Source of the DNA: Dictyostelium discoideum
Lineage: Eukaryota
Length of the DNA stretch: 64,000 nt
NCBI GenBank assembly: GCA_000004695.1
Contig: CM000152.2
Coordinates: 1,312,001 to 1,376,000, forward strand
Direction: 5' to 3'
Within the stretch, counting starts at the first letter, position 1. Each line of letters begins with the position of its first letter. A program made the translations under genes and the position numbers. The notes beneath the pieces were generated by a model. It ran no database searches, was not told the DNA's origin, and saw only the letters and a list, made by a program, of their open reading frames with translations. Positions 26,021-37,830 of this stretch are shown piece by piece.

Positions 26021-26184
26021 ATTGAATATACACCAATCCAAGTTGAATCAATTAGTATAACATCAAAAATAATATCAGAATTGGAAGAGAATGAAATTGA
26101 TCTTGCCTATGTTGGTGCACAAGCATTAACTAATGTTTCAAATCCAGATAATATTATATTTTCAGCATTTAGTTTTATTAAACA
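26021..26184 (+). CDS. USP-like, exon 3
   Basis: IEYTPIQVESISITSKIISELEENEIDLAYVGAQALT... in the same frame as ORF 26006..26188. The donor is CA|GTGAGT. Confidence 0.55.
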
Positions 26185-26265
26185 GTGAGTAGAATTTTTT
26201 TTTTTTTTTAACAAAACAATTTTTAACCAATTACATTTTTTTATTTTTTATTATTAAAATAATAG

Positions 26266-26350
26266 GGTATTTTTAGGAACAATTGTATCTGGTTTAAAAA
26301 GTGCATCAGAGAAAAAAGATTGTAAATGGAAACTTGAAATTGTTAATTAA
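26266..26350 (+). CDS. USP-like, exon 4 (C-terminus)
   Basis: Acceptor aatAG at 26264-65. Phase-2 continuation gives ...IKQVFLGTIVSGLKSASEKKDCKWKLEIVN*. Confidence 0.45.
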
Positions 26351-26635
26351 AATTTTTAAAATATACATAAATTAATAAAGAAGAAAAAAAAAAAAAAAAA
26401 AAAACCCAATTTGTAAATAATATAAAATAAACAAAGGAAATAATTCTTTTTTTTTTTTTTTTAAAAAAAAATAAAAATAAAATTATTTATTATATATATA
26501 TATTTTTTTTTTAATTTTTTATTTTTTTTTTTTATTATTTTTTTTTTATTTATTTTTTATTTTTTATTTTTTTTTTAATATATAGAGTTACTACAATTTT
26601 CTTTTTTTAAATTTAAATTTTTTTTTTTATTTATT

Positions 26636-27661
26636 TTAGAAAAGACCACCAATACCACCAGAAAGTTCTTGTTGTTCTTTAACAAAGGTTTCAAAGTATT
26701 GATAGATGATAGTGACAGCTAATAAAATACCAGTACCAGAACCGATGGCACCCATGAAATCGGCGACGACAGTGAGAGCACCAATACAGAGACCACCAAA
26801 AGCGGCAGCGGTTGGAATATAACGATTGAGTTCCTTGATGACAGAGGTATCACGATGACCTTTCATGGTCATTTGTTGATCTTTGAGTTGCTTAGCAACG
26901 TCACGAGCAGAGGAACCACTAACTTCGATCCAAACTTTGGAGAAGAGAGCACAACTTGTCAACATAAAGGTGATGTAAAAGAGGGCATGGAATGGATCGG
27001 CCAAAACAGCGCTCATATTATTTGGGGAGCTGATGTAATAGGTGAGACCAGAGACTGGAATCATTTGTTGTGAATATTCACTGGTTCTCCAAGCACCAAA
27101 TAAGTTTACCAAAATGTTATCTGGGAAACGACGATACAATAATTGAGAGATGAAATAAAGATTGCTAACGAGTGCACTTTGAAGAATGATTGGAATATTT
27201 GAAGTGTAGAATAACTTGATTGGATAGGTACCTTGTTGACCACTTACACGAGTTGATTTAACTGGAAGATCGACACGGAAACCTTGGAAATAAATTACAA
27301 CCATAAAAATTAACACGGTAGCCAATAAATTGGTAATGTTTGGTAAGTTTTGTCTATAGAATGCTTCTTTGAGTGCTCTAACCTTATCGTTACGAGTTAA
27401 TAACAAATGGAATAATGCAATCACTGCACCTTCAAATTCGGTACCTTTACCAACGGATACTGTAGTTGGTGAAAATGTCTTCCATACAATGGTCTCACAA
27501 ATATTGGTTGCAATAAATAATGAAATACCTGATCCAATACCATATCCTTTTTGTAAAAGTTCATCCAAAAGCATAACAATAATACCTGCAAAGAATAATT
27601 GTAAAACAATTAAAAAGCAGTTACCAAATCCTAAAACTGCTGGATCACCATATGAACCACT
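26636..27661 (-). CDS. sec61a: Sec61 alpha translocon subunit, exon 3 (TM4-TM10, C-terminus)
   Basis: [61 protein letters not shown]... is about 80% identical to human SEC61A1. Acceptor taatAG at 27663-62; phase 0. Confidence 0.9.
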   Translation of the reverse strand, partial: SGSYGDPAVLGFGNCFLIVLQLFFAGIIVMLLDELLQKGYGIGSGISLFIATNICETIVWKTFSPTTVSVGKGTEFEGAVIALFHLLLTRNDKVRALKEAFYRQNLPNITNLLATVLIFMVVIYFQGFRVDLPVKSTRVSGQQGTYPIKLFYTSNIPIILQSALVSNLYFISQLLYRRFPDNILVNLFGAWRTSEYSQQMIPVSGLTYYISSPNNMSAVLADPFHALFYITFMLTSCALFSKVWIEVSGSSARDVAKQLKDQQMTMKGHRDTSVIKELNRYIPTAAAFGGLCIGALTVVADFMGAIGSGTGILLAVTIIYQYFETFVKEQQELSGGIGGLF

Positions 27662-27810
27662 CTATTAATTATTATTATTTTTTTTAAAAAATTGAAATTG
27701 AATAAATAAATTTATAAATAATAATTATAAATTTTAATTAGTATGACATTTTTTTTTTTTATTTTTTTTTTTATATATTTTTATATATTTTTTAAAAATT
27801 TAATACTAAC

Positions 27811-28137
27811 CCAAATATAAGCTACACCTTGACCTACACAAATTAACATACCAAATAATTTTTGGGCAGCAGAGAATAAATCTCTATCGGCTTTAACAGA
27901 TTGATCAATTTCAATTAATTTGGCACCTGCTAATAATTGCATAACCATACCTGATGTAACGATTGGTGAAATACCTAATTCCATTAAAGTACCTCTGTTT
28001 GAGGCCATAATAACTTTAGCCCAGTAAAATGGATCTGATGAATCAGTTGATCTAATACCATAAAGTGGAATTTGACTGCAAACTAAGAAAATGAATAAAC
28101 AAATTGCTGTCCAAAGAACCTTTTCACGGAAAGGAAT
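27811..28137 (-). CDS. sec61a: Sec61 alpha, exon 2
   Basis: [28 protein letters not shown]...[33 protein letters not shown]...GQGVAYIW, with a GTTAGT donor. Confidence 0.9.
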
Positions 28138-28301
28138 CTATTTTAAAAAAAAATAATAAAAAAATATAATAAAAAAAAAAAGTATTAGAATATATTGATT
28201 TTATTTTTCATTTTATTTTATTTTTTTTGTTTTTTATTTTTTTGTTTTTTATTTTTTATTTTTTTTTTTTTTGTTTTTTATATTATTTCATTTAAACTTA
28301 C

Positions 28302-28376
28302 TTTTCTATCTGGTTGACCAACCTCTGGAACGAGTGAGGTAAATGGTTTAACAATATCTAAGAAACGGAAACCCAT
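28302..28376 (-). CDS. sec61a: Sec61 alpha, exon 1 (MGFRFLDIVKPFTSLVPEVGQPDRK)
   Basis: ATG plus 25 codons homologous to [25 protein letters not shown], then a GTAAGT donor. Exons 1-3 total 475 aa. Confidence 0.8.
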
Positions 28377-28627
28377 TTTTATTATTGTTTATATATATAT
28401 ATGTATGTAATTACTGAAATTAAAGAGAAAAAAAAAAAAAAAAAAAAATTAATAAATGTTCTTATTTTGTTTATTTATTTTATTTATTTATTTTTAGTTT
28501 TAAATTTCAAAACAATTTAATTTATTAATCAAATTAATAAGAAAAGAAAAGAAAAAAAAAAAGAGTAGGAAAAAAAAAAAATTGAAGCATATATAAATAA
28601 ACTTACAATTGTAGGGTGATGAATGAA

Positions 28628-28672
<45 letters not shown>

Positions 28673-28982
28673 AAAAGTGATGAAGTTTTTAAAAATTTCA
28701 AAAAAAAAAAAAAATTAAAATAATTAATGACTGTTGTTTTTATGAGAAGTCATGTGTGCAGTCAAAAAAAAGTCTGAGTGAAAAAAAAAAAAAAAAAATT
28801 TTTATTTTTACTTTTTCATTTCCAACTTTTGAACTTCTCTTTATTATTATTATTTTTTTTTTTTTATAATTTGAATAATTGTTTTAAATTATTTTTTATT
28901 TTATTTATTTTTTTTATAATTAATTAATTTTTTTTTTTTTTTTTATAATTTAACAAGAATATAAAAATCAAATAAAAAAATA

Positions 28983-29022
<40 letters not shown>

Positions 29023-29271
29023 CACACAATTTTAATAAAAAAAGTGACAAAAATAAATAAATAATAATAATAATAATGATGATATTAATAATGGAATGTT
29101 TTATTTAATATTATCCAATGATGTAAAATATTTAATATTATGAAATTTTAACTAATTATAGTTTTTTATTCACAATTATTTTTTTTTTTTCAATTATTTT
29201 TTTATGAAAAAATTAAAAAAAAAAAACAAAATTTTGAAAAAAAAAACCGAACGAAAATTATTTTTTAAATT

Positions 29272-29279
29272 CCCATAAT
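29272..29279 (+). promoter_or_regulatory. DUSE-like element TCCCATAA upstream of a GC-richer non-coding island
   Basis: An exact match to [A/T]CCCA[C/T]AA. Composition shifts about 60 nt downstream, at ~29340. Confidence 0.4.
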
Positions 29280-29619
29280 TAAAATGTAATCAAGGGAGAT
29301 TCCAAAGCGAATGCTCGTTCAAAAGTTTCAAATCACTCAACAGCCTGCCTCCGTTTTGTGTTTGGTTCTTTTATACCAAATAAACAAGTTTTATGGCAAG
29401 AAGCTCATAATAAACATACATGTGCCTTTAATCAATCTGTAATCTGTTCTATTACACGATTTTCATGCAGTCACAACAACTTTTTTATAATTTTTAAAAA
29501 AAAAAAAATTTTTTTCAAGCCTCCCAAGAGTAAACAAGTAAGTAATGTAAGTAACTTTTTAATTTTTATACACAATATATTATTTGGACAAGTTTATTAG
29601 TGGAACTTTTTTTTTTTAA

Positions 29620-29720
29620 GTGATGATAACCCAAATAGAAATTTTTTTTTGATTCCTTTCGATTCTCTGTTCTAGAGCGTTGGGGGATACTCTGTGATTC
29701 TATATTCATAGTTACTCTGA
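29620..29720 (+). ncRNA. Candidate box C/D snoRNA (box C GUGAUGA at 29620-26, box D CUGA at 29717-20), apparently intronic
   Basis: Canonical C and D boxes lie about 95 nt apart and are flanked by short complementary UUAA/UUAA ends. The candidate sits between a GTAAGT donor (29541) and a strong polypyrimidine acceptor (ttttttctctctcaatttttAG at 29822-23). Confidence 0.35.
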
Positions 29721-30273
29721 TTTAAATAAAAAAAAAACAAATCATTATACCTTTTTTAAAATAATTTTTTTAAAAAAAAAATATATTAACTTTTTTTTTT
29801 TTTTTTTTCTCTCTCAATTTTTAGGTTTCGGTTTTTTTTTTTTTTTTCTTTTCTCTCTCTTTTTTTACAAGCTCCTCTTCTATATTGCTCTTAGCTTAGT
29901 ATGCTTTATTGTCAAATTTTCTTTGACAACTTTTCTGCTAATCACACAGATTGCCGAGATTTTGTCAAAATAATTTTTTAAAAATAAAGCATATTCAACT
30001 AAAAGCAACTTTCTATTTTCAATAAATAAATAAATTAGTTATTTAATAAATGTATAATAAAAAAATAAAGTTAAATATTTTAGAAATTTATCATTTTTTT
30101 TTTTTTTTTCGCTTTCAACTTTTTTATTTTAAATTATAATTAAAACGAGTTATAAAAATTTATATACTTTTTTATTTTATATATATTTTTTTAAATATAT
30201 AAATCTATCTTTATATGTGCGTATTATTTTTTTTATTTATTTATTTATTTTTTTTTTTATTTATAAATTTAAT

Positions 30274-30981
30274 TTAAACACCATCACCAAATTTAATATT
30301 AGTTTCATCAGTTGAATTTGGTGAATGAAAACTTGCATGTAATAAAGTGATACAACAAGTTGCACCAACTAACCAAAAAATTGAACTACCAGCATAAAGA
30401 AGGAAATAAATACTTAAAAATGCTTGAATACCATATGCAATCTTTCTTTGAATATCTGTTAAAGTGGTTGAATTGTGGAGGTAAACAGAGATGAAAAGTA
30501 GTACACCAAGTAATAATAAATAGAATGGATTGGTAATGATAAAGAAAACAGAGAAACAAAGGAATAATATCAAATAGTTTGATTGAAAGTAAACTACATT
30601 CTCTTTAATTCTTGATGTTGTATCTTTAATATTTGGTAAACCATATTGTTGTCTACTACCAACGAATGATCTCCAATCTCTAGTTGTTTCCATACGTTCT
30701 TGTTTAAACTCTTTGATTTTACTTGTAATTGCATTAACTCTATGTGAAATTGATGATGGTTCTAATGATATTCCATTGGCACCTAATGAAAATGATAATC
30801 CACCAATACCAACACTACCAGCTGGTGTAGATGATGCTTGTTGAGGTTGTTGTTGTTGTTGTGGTGGTGGTGACATTGAACCTGTATTATTACCAATATT
30901 ACTATTACCACTATCTACAAATCCCATATTAATATTTGGATTACCATACATTGTTTCATTTGAATTTGAATTTGACTCCAT
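30274..30981 (-). CDS. PRA1 (prenylated Rab acceptor/Yip3) family protein, 235 aa
   Basis: The PRA1 core motif RDWRSFV...ENVVYFQSNYLILFLCFSVFFIITNPFYLLLLGVLLFISVYL is followed by a second hydrophobic pair; the N-terminus is polyQ/N-rich. Confidence 0.75.
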   Translation of the reverse strand: MESNSNSNETMYGNPNINMGFVDSGNSNIGNNTGSMSPPPQQQQQPQQASSTPAGSVGIGGLSFSLGANGISLEPSSISHRVNAITSKIKEFKQERMETTRDWRSFVGSRQQYGLPNIKDTTSRIKENVVYFQSNYLILFLCFSVFFIITNPFYLLLLGVLLFISVYLHNSTTLTDIQRKIAYGIQAFLSIYFLLYAGSSIFWLVGATCCITLLHASFHSPNSTDETNIKFGDGV

Positions 30982-31204
30982 TTTATTTTACTTTTTCTTT
31001 TTTCCTAAAAAAATTGTATATTACAAAATTGTATTAAAAAAAAAAAATATATTATTTATATATATATATTTATTTATCTTTATTTTATTTTTTTATTTAT
31101 TTATTTATTTTAATTTTTTTTTTTTTAATATATTAAAACATAAAAAAAAAAAAAGAGATAGGAGTACAAAAAAAAAAAAAGCAATGATATAGTGTCAAAG
31201 ATAG

Positions 31205-31241
<37 letters not shown>

Positions 31242-31634
31242 AAAAAAATAAAAAATTAAAAAAAAAAAAAAAAAAAAAATTAAAATAAATTCAAAATCGA
31301 GTCAGTACTGCTAAGTATTATTTTACAAATTTTTTTTTTATATTTTTATTATAAAAAAAAAAAAAAACCTCTTTTATAATTACTTATTAAATAAAATAAA
31401 ATAATAATTAAATAAAAAAAAGTAATAAAAAAGGGAATTTATTAAAAATAAAAAAAAACAAAAAAAAAAAAAAAAAAATATGTGATAAGATTTCATTGTT
31501 TGACAAAAATTAGGCGAATTTTTTTTTTTTTTTCATTTTTTTTTTTTTTATTTTTTTTATTTTTTTTTTTTATTTTTTTTTATTTTTTTTTAATAATACG
31601 CGATCATTTTACACAAATAATATATATAAATAAG

Positions 31635-31686
31635 ATGTCATTCTTTAGAGGCACATTCAGCACATCAAGCCTTTTTATAAATACAG
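31635..31686 (+). CDS. mrpl27: Mitochondrial ribosomal protein bL27m, exon 1 (presequence MSFFRGTFSTSSLFINT)
   Basis: ATG then a GTAAGT donor at 31687; phase 1. Confidence 0.75.
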
Positions 31687-31800
31687 GTAAGTCTATAATA
31701 TATTATTTAGTTTATAATCTATATTTATATAATACTAATAAAATAATATTAATTTTTTATTTTACTATTCACACCATCAATATGTGTATTCATTTTATTT

Positions 31801-31831
<31 letters not shown>

Positions 31832-32036
31832 TGGAACTATTAAATGTGGGAATATAATTTTAAAATTAATAATTATTACCTATTCAATTAAAATTAAAAT
31901 TAAAATTAAAATTAACAAAATAACAAAATAATTATAACAACAACAAACAATGAAAATTAAATTTTGAAAATTAATTCAATTTGGATGTGATTTACATATA
32001 TATAACAAAATTAAAATAATTATAAATAAATAATAG

Positions 32037-32413
32037 TTGATAGTGTTACAAAAAGATTTGCAACCAAGAAATCAGCAGGTTCAACTAAAAATGGTAGAAC
32101 ATCACAACCAAAGAATTTAGGTCTCAAAAAATCAGGTAATCAATTAGTTTATCCAGGTGAAATTATCATAAGACAAAGAGGTACCGAATTTCATCCAGGT
32201 ACATTTGTTGGTATGGGTAAAGATCATACTATTTTTTCAAAAACAATTGGTTTAGTTAGTTTCTCAAAAGAACCAAAATTCCCAGGTTCAAAAAAAACTC
32301 GTAGATTCATTTCTGTAGCTCCTTTATATACCAACAATATCAATATCAATACCAATATCGATACCAGTATTGATACCAATGTCAATAATAATAATAGTAA
32401 TATAAATATTTAA
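32037..32413 (+). CDS. mrpl27: Mitochondrial ribosomal protein bL27m, exon 2
   Basis: ...[57 protein letters not shown] matches bacterial/mito L27 (SNPKRLGVK...GSIIVRQRGTKFHAG.NVG.G.DHTLFA). There is a T/N/I/D-rich C-terminal extension. Confidence 0.85.
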
Positions 32414-32962
32414 AAAAAAAAAAATAAAAAATAAAAAATAAGAAAATAATAAAAAAAAAGTATATATATATATAAGAAAAAAAAAACAAACAAAAGATAT
32501 TTTCCAAATTTATAAATCTTAATTTTTAAATTAAATCTTTTATTTTTATTTTTTAATAATTATTATTTTTTTTAAAACCAAAAAAAAAAAAAAAAAAAAT
32601 CAAACAATCAAAAAAAAAATCAAAAAAAAAAAAAAATAATGATGAGGTGGGAACTTGACACGATAAAAATTCCAATTTTCCGAAGATATTCATGGGAACT
32701 CGAAAGCTATCACTTTAGATTTGTTATTTAATTTTTTTAATTTTTTTTTTAATTTTTTTTTTTTTATTTTTTAAACTGTTTTTTTTTTTTTTTTTTTCAT
32801 TTCTCCCTATTTATTTTTTTATTTTTTTTTATTTTTTATTTTTTATTTTTTTTTAATAACCCCCAAAATCGAGAAACAAATAAAATTATCATTATTTCTT
32901 TCTTTTATAACTTTTTATTTTTTTTTTTTTTCTTCAAAAATTAAACATTAAAATTAAAAACA

Positions 32963-33038
32963 ATGATTCACCATAAAAAATCAAAGTCACTATATTGGTT
33001 CTTTGTCGGAATTTTATATATTCTGATCTGGGAAACAA
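32963..33038 (+). CDS. Type-II-like membrane protein with C-terminal zinc ribbon, exon 1 (signal-anchor TM)
   Basis: MIHHKKSKSLYWFFVGILYILIWET then GTAAGT; phase 1. Confidence 0.55.
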
Positions 33039-33122
33039 GTAAGTATATTAAGTTTAGTAAACTGAAAAAAAAAAAAAAACTTTTTTTAATATTAAAACTA
33101 ATTTAATATTTTAAAAAATTAG

Positions 33123-34111
33123 TAATTTGTATAGCATATAAAGAAATAGAGAGTGAAAAACAAGTTTATAGAGATATTTCAAAATCAATTTTTCAAAATT
33201 TACAAGAATCAATAGATAGACAATCAAAAGATAATAATAATAATAATAATAATTATGGAATAAATGATGAAGATGATAATATTATTAGAATTGATAAACC
33301 AATTAATGAACCAGATTCACCATCACCATCACCATCTAAAATTATAACAACAACAACAACAACACCAGATTCATTATCAAAACTTTCATCAAAATTTGAA
33401 CCATCATCAATTGTAAAAGATTTAGTTAGTGATTTACCACCATTTTATTTCTCATTTAATGTTACAAACTCGTCAATGACATTACCAATGAATATGACAT
33501 GGGATAAATTCAATGTTTCAGATATTAATATTAGCGCACCACATATTGAATTCCCATTAGATTTCTCTGCAAGTAATATGACATTCAATATTAGTGTTGA
33601 AGCTGAAACATTTCCAATCGCTATGAACCTTATTGCAAACAAAAGTGATGTTCCAATTTCATTGGGTATCTATGGTGCTGATAGTATACCAGTGACTTTA
33701 AACGTTGGTAAAATGGAGGCACCTCTATTAAACTATTTCTTCTTTGCTATATTTGGTTCAATAAATGGGATTTTATTAATTTGGGTTATCATTCAACAAA
33801 TTTGTATTCAAAATTTAAAGAAACGTTTAGATACAATCGATATTTCAAATGATGTATTAAAAGGTAAAAGATATAAAAGAGGAAATGTTTGGTATAAATC
33901 AATCAACTCTGATGATGTTACAAGTGATAATGAAATTTTAAATAATGGTCGTAGTTCAAATCGTGATCAAATAATTGATATAAATAATACTGATAATAAT
34001 AATAATAATAATAACATGAATCAATCATTAATATCAATATGTAAACAATGTGGTCAAACTAATGGTAAAACTAAATTTTGTTTTGATTGTGGATCTAGTT
34101 TAATTAATTAG
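33123..34111 (+). CDS. Membrane protein, exon 2: N-glycosylated luminal domain, second TM, cytosolic C4 zinc ribbon (CKQCGQTNGKTKFCFDCG)
   Basis: Acceptor aaattAG at 33121-22. The frame equals ORF 33476..34111. It has multiple NxS/T sites, the TM LLNYFFFAIFGSINGILLIWVIIQQI, and Cx2Cx10Cx2C at the C-terminus. Confidence 0.55.
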
Positions 34112-34297
34112 ATAAAAAAAATATACAAAAAAAAAATAAAAAAAAAGATCTAGATCTTTAATTTCTTATTATTAGTATTGCTATTTAGTAATAGATTAAT
34201 TATAATGAAAAAAAAAAAAAGTATTATATGTTTATTTATTTTGTTTTATTTTATATATTTATATTATTTTTATTTTATTTTATTTTATTTTTTTTTA

Positions 34298-35200
34298 TTA
34301 AAGTTTATTTTTAATTGATTGATTTAAAACTGTAATATCAACAAAATGCCAACAATTATTCATTACACCTCTAAGATTCCAAATATCTTTAACATCTTTT
34401 GGTTGAGTATTTGAAGCAGAATCCCAAGCACGACAAACCAATCTAATTTTTTGATGATCTTTATTTTGTAATTGTGGTAATTGTGTAATGGTATATTTAA
34501 AGAGTACCCAACTCCAATATTTATTACAAACACCTTTATCTTCACCCATTAGCTCGGCATAATCCCAAGTTTCACCACCATCTAAACTAATGTCAACTCT
34601 TTCAACTTTTCTACCACCACCACTAGTTGCGTAACCAGTGATGGTGAATGGAAGATAAAGTGTAGAGTTTGGTGCAGGTATACAAATTGCACTTTGGATT
34701 GACAATTCTTGTAATGATGGTGTTTTATCCCAATACTTTTCGACATTATTCCAATCTACACCATTATGAAATATTTTATAATCCCTACGTTGAAAGAAGC
34801 TTTCACTCTCTTGAGATGACACTGTCACTTTATCCAACCATTTAACACTTCTTGCTCCAATGATACCTGGTGCTATAACTCTTAATGGGTAGCCGTGATC
34901 TCTTGGTAACGGTTCGCCATTCATTTCGTAAGCTAAAAGTACATCACCATCTAAATCCATAGCTTTCTCCATTGTAATTGAACTACCATATGGTTTACCA
35001 TTATCTTCTGGACAACCAAAATCCAATCCCCAAAATACTGCATGTAATGCACCCTCTGTCTTTGTAAATACTTTTGCATATTCTAATATATCCTTTAATC
35101 TACATCCACTCCATGATGCTGTTGATAAACTTGCAATACCCCAACCAACTCCTCTAACTTTTTTATATTCACTCATCATTGTTCTTCTATTACCTGCACA
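34298..35200 (-). CDS. Sulfite oxidase-like molybdopterin oxidoreductase, exon 2 (Moco-binding end plus dimerisation domain)
   Basis: CAGNRRTMMSEYKKVRGVGWGIASLSTASWSGCRLKDIL... matches the SUOX Moco domain with its Cys ligand (CAGNRR). A 72-nt intron precedes it. Confidence 0.85.
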   Translation of the reverse strand, partial: CAGNRRTMMSEYKKVRGVGWGIASLSTASWSGCRLKDILEYAKVFTKTEGALHAVFWGLDFGCPEDNGKPYGSSITMEKAMDLDGDVLLAYEMNGEPLPRDHGYPLRVIAPGIIGARSVKWLDKVTVSSQESESFFQRRDYKIFHNGVDWNNVEKYWDKTPSLQELSIQSAICIPAPNSTLYLPFTITGYATSGGGRKVERVDISLDGGETWDYAELMGEDKGVCNKYWSWVLFKYTITQLPQLQNKDHQKIRLVCRAWDSASNTQPKDVKDIWNLRGVMNNCWHFVDITVLNQSIKNKL

Positions 35201-35272
35201 CTTTTTTTTTTTTTTAAAAATAATTAATAAATATTCAATTTTTTAATAATAATAGTAATAAAATATACTTAC

Positions 35273-35566
35273 TTGAATTGAAGCATTAATTGTAACTTTT
35301 TCAAATTTATTTTTGATATCAGATAATGATAAAATTAATGGATTACCAACTAAACCATCTACTTTTAATGCATATGATTCACCATTAATATCTGGTACAG
35401 GTGCATGATTTCTCACATAAAATTTCTCTGTTGGTGTAATAAATTGTTGAACTAATACATCTTGTCTTGGTTCTGCATTAAATGGTGCTTTAAAATTAAT
35501 TGTAAAATCTGGATCTCTATATGGCTCATTTGCAAAAGATACATTTTGGTTATTATTATGTTGCAT
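35273..35566 (-). CDS. Sulfite oxidase-like, exon 1 (no cytochrome b5/heme domain, plant-type)
   Basis: MQHNN...FNAEPRQDVLVQQFITPTEKFYVRNHAPVPDI...YALKVDGLVGNPLILSLSDIKNKFEKVTINASIQ then GTAAGT. Total length is 398 aa. Confidence 0.85.
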
Positions 35567-36298
35567 TTATTATTTTTTTTTTATTTTTTTTATTTATTTC
35601 TTTTTTTCTTTTTCTCTTTTTTTCTTTTTTTCTTTTTTTCTTTTTTTATTTTTTTATTTTTTTCTTTTTCTCTTTTTAATATTTATTTAAAAATTAAAAA
35701 AAAAAAAAAAAAAAAAAAAATTTAAAAATAATATGAATACGTATGTGTGTGGATTATAAAAAATAAAAAATTAAAATTTTTTTTTTTTTGTTTTTTGTTT
35801 TTTTTAATATTAAAAATGAAGAGAATAAAAAAAAAATTAAGTCGAAAATGATAAAATTAAAATTTCAACAAAATTTTAAAAATAAAAAATGATCGGCCTG
35901 GAAAAATAAAAAAACTTCCCACTTTAAAAAAAAAAAATAATATTGGTTTTTTTTTTTTTATTTGTTTTTTGTTGTTTAGTTTAAACTAAATTTAATTGGT
36001 ATAAACAATGATTGTTTGTTTTAATTATATTTAATTTCCAGTTTTTTTTTTTTTTTATTATTATTTTTATTTTTATTTTTATTTTTAAAATTTTTCTTTT
36101 AAATTAAAAATTTTAAATTAAAAAAAAAATATTAGAATTTTAATCCTTTTTTTTTTTAAAAAATTACTTGAAATCATTTAAATTTACAAATGTACTTTAA
36201 TTTTTTTATTTTTTTTTATTTTTATTTTCATTTTTTTATTTTTTTCTATTTTTAGAATTAAAAATTTAAAAATAGATTAGAAAAAGGATAATAGAAAA

Positions 36299-37246
36299 CT
36301 ATTCCCACCAATCCTTAGTAATTGGAATATAACCTTGTTTAATTTTATCAGAAACAAATTCTTCCAAAGTTTTATAAGAAACAGTTGTTGTTGGTGATTG
36401 ACCACTTAAAGAAGTTGAGTTTCTTGTGGGAACGGTAGTACTAGCTTCATTGAATTTAAGTTCTTGATTTAAATTGTTTACACTTGAAGAACGAGAAATT
36501 GTAGGAGAAGTTGTACTACTATTAGTTGGCGATATATTGGAACCTCCACTACTACCACTACTATTTAAACTTGATGCTAAAAGTTCATTTAAATTTTGTG
36601 ATGAACCACTTTTTGGTATATTATTACTTGAATTTGAACTTGAACTACTACTACTACTACTACTGCTACTAACCCTTCTTGGTGGTAAATTTTCAACATG
36701 ATAGCCATGAGAAGATGATTTAATGATTGAATGTAATATTTTTCTATGAGGATCGGATAAATAAGAGAATACAAATGAACCTGGTCTACTATTAGAATTT
36801 CTAATGATGAAACCACCAGCAGGTGCACCAGAAAGTAGAGATGCAACACCTTGAGTTTCAAGTGTTTGAAAGAACCATCTCTTTTCAAATACACCGGCCT
36901 CTTTTAACTTCATTTTTGCTTTTTTCTCTAATTCATGAGCGATATCAGTACCAGGTCTAATGGCAGCCCAACCTCTTAAAGCTTCAGCCCAATTAAAGAG
37001 AGCATAATGATGATTTCTTTTAAGTTTTACAGCAAGTTGAAACTTTTCAATTGCAGACTGATATAATTTTTCAATTTCAGCTTTACCATGTGCTTTGATA
37101 TATGTTTTATTTGAAATTAATCTTGCACGCATTGATAATAAAATTCCCCAATGTGTAAGTATTTCATAATCATCTGGTTTTGATTGAATTGCTACTTTAA
37201 ATTTCTCTGCTGCTTGTATAAATAAATTATCTGCAGAATTTGTTAA

Positions 37247-37306
<60 letters not shown>

Positions 37307-37775
37307 ATTATCATCACTTCCATCATTTGATCCGTCAGGATTATTATTATTATTATTAATATTATTTGAAGTATTATTTGAAGTTGAAGTAGTAGTTGAA
37401 GTATTTGTTGGTTGTTGTGGTTGTGGTTGTGGTTGTTGTTGTTGTTGTTGTTGTTTTGATAATGAAATTGCTTGATGAAATAAACTTACACCTTGTTGAT
37501 AAGGAATGGAGTGAAGAAATTTAACTTTTGGTGTAATAGAAATGATATCATCAGGTTGTATGGATTCACTTTGATCACCCAATTTTTTATATAAACCATC
37601 TCTAAATACAATACCCATCATTTGTGAAATTCTATACAATAACAATTCCAAAGAAAATCCATCTAAATCACAACTTTGTAATAATGAAATACACATCATT
37701 CTATTTAAAAATTTACAAATATCCGGTAAATTAATATTATAATTTATATTATTGTTATTATTCGGATTATTATCA

Positions 37776-37830
<55 letters not shown>

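Noticed and set aside
27575-27661. Apparent +1 frameshift inside Sec61 alpha between ...LIVLQ and LFFAG...
   Set aside because: It came from my own mis-transcription of a T-run while reverse-complementing. The frame of track ORF 27421..27609 (TTG start exactly at 27609, reading FYNYSLQ) fixes the sequence as ...TTACAATTATTC..., which keeps exon 3 open from 27661 to the stop. The gene is intact.
31482-31931. 149-aa ORF spanning the mrpl27 first exon and intron
   Set aside because: It starts at a non-ATG in a poly-T tract and reads through the GTAAGT intron. The real gene is the two-exon bL27m.
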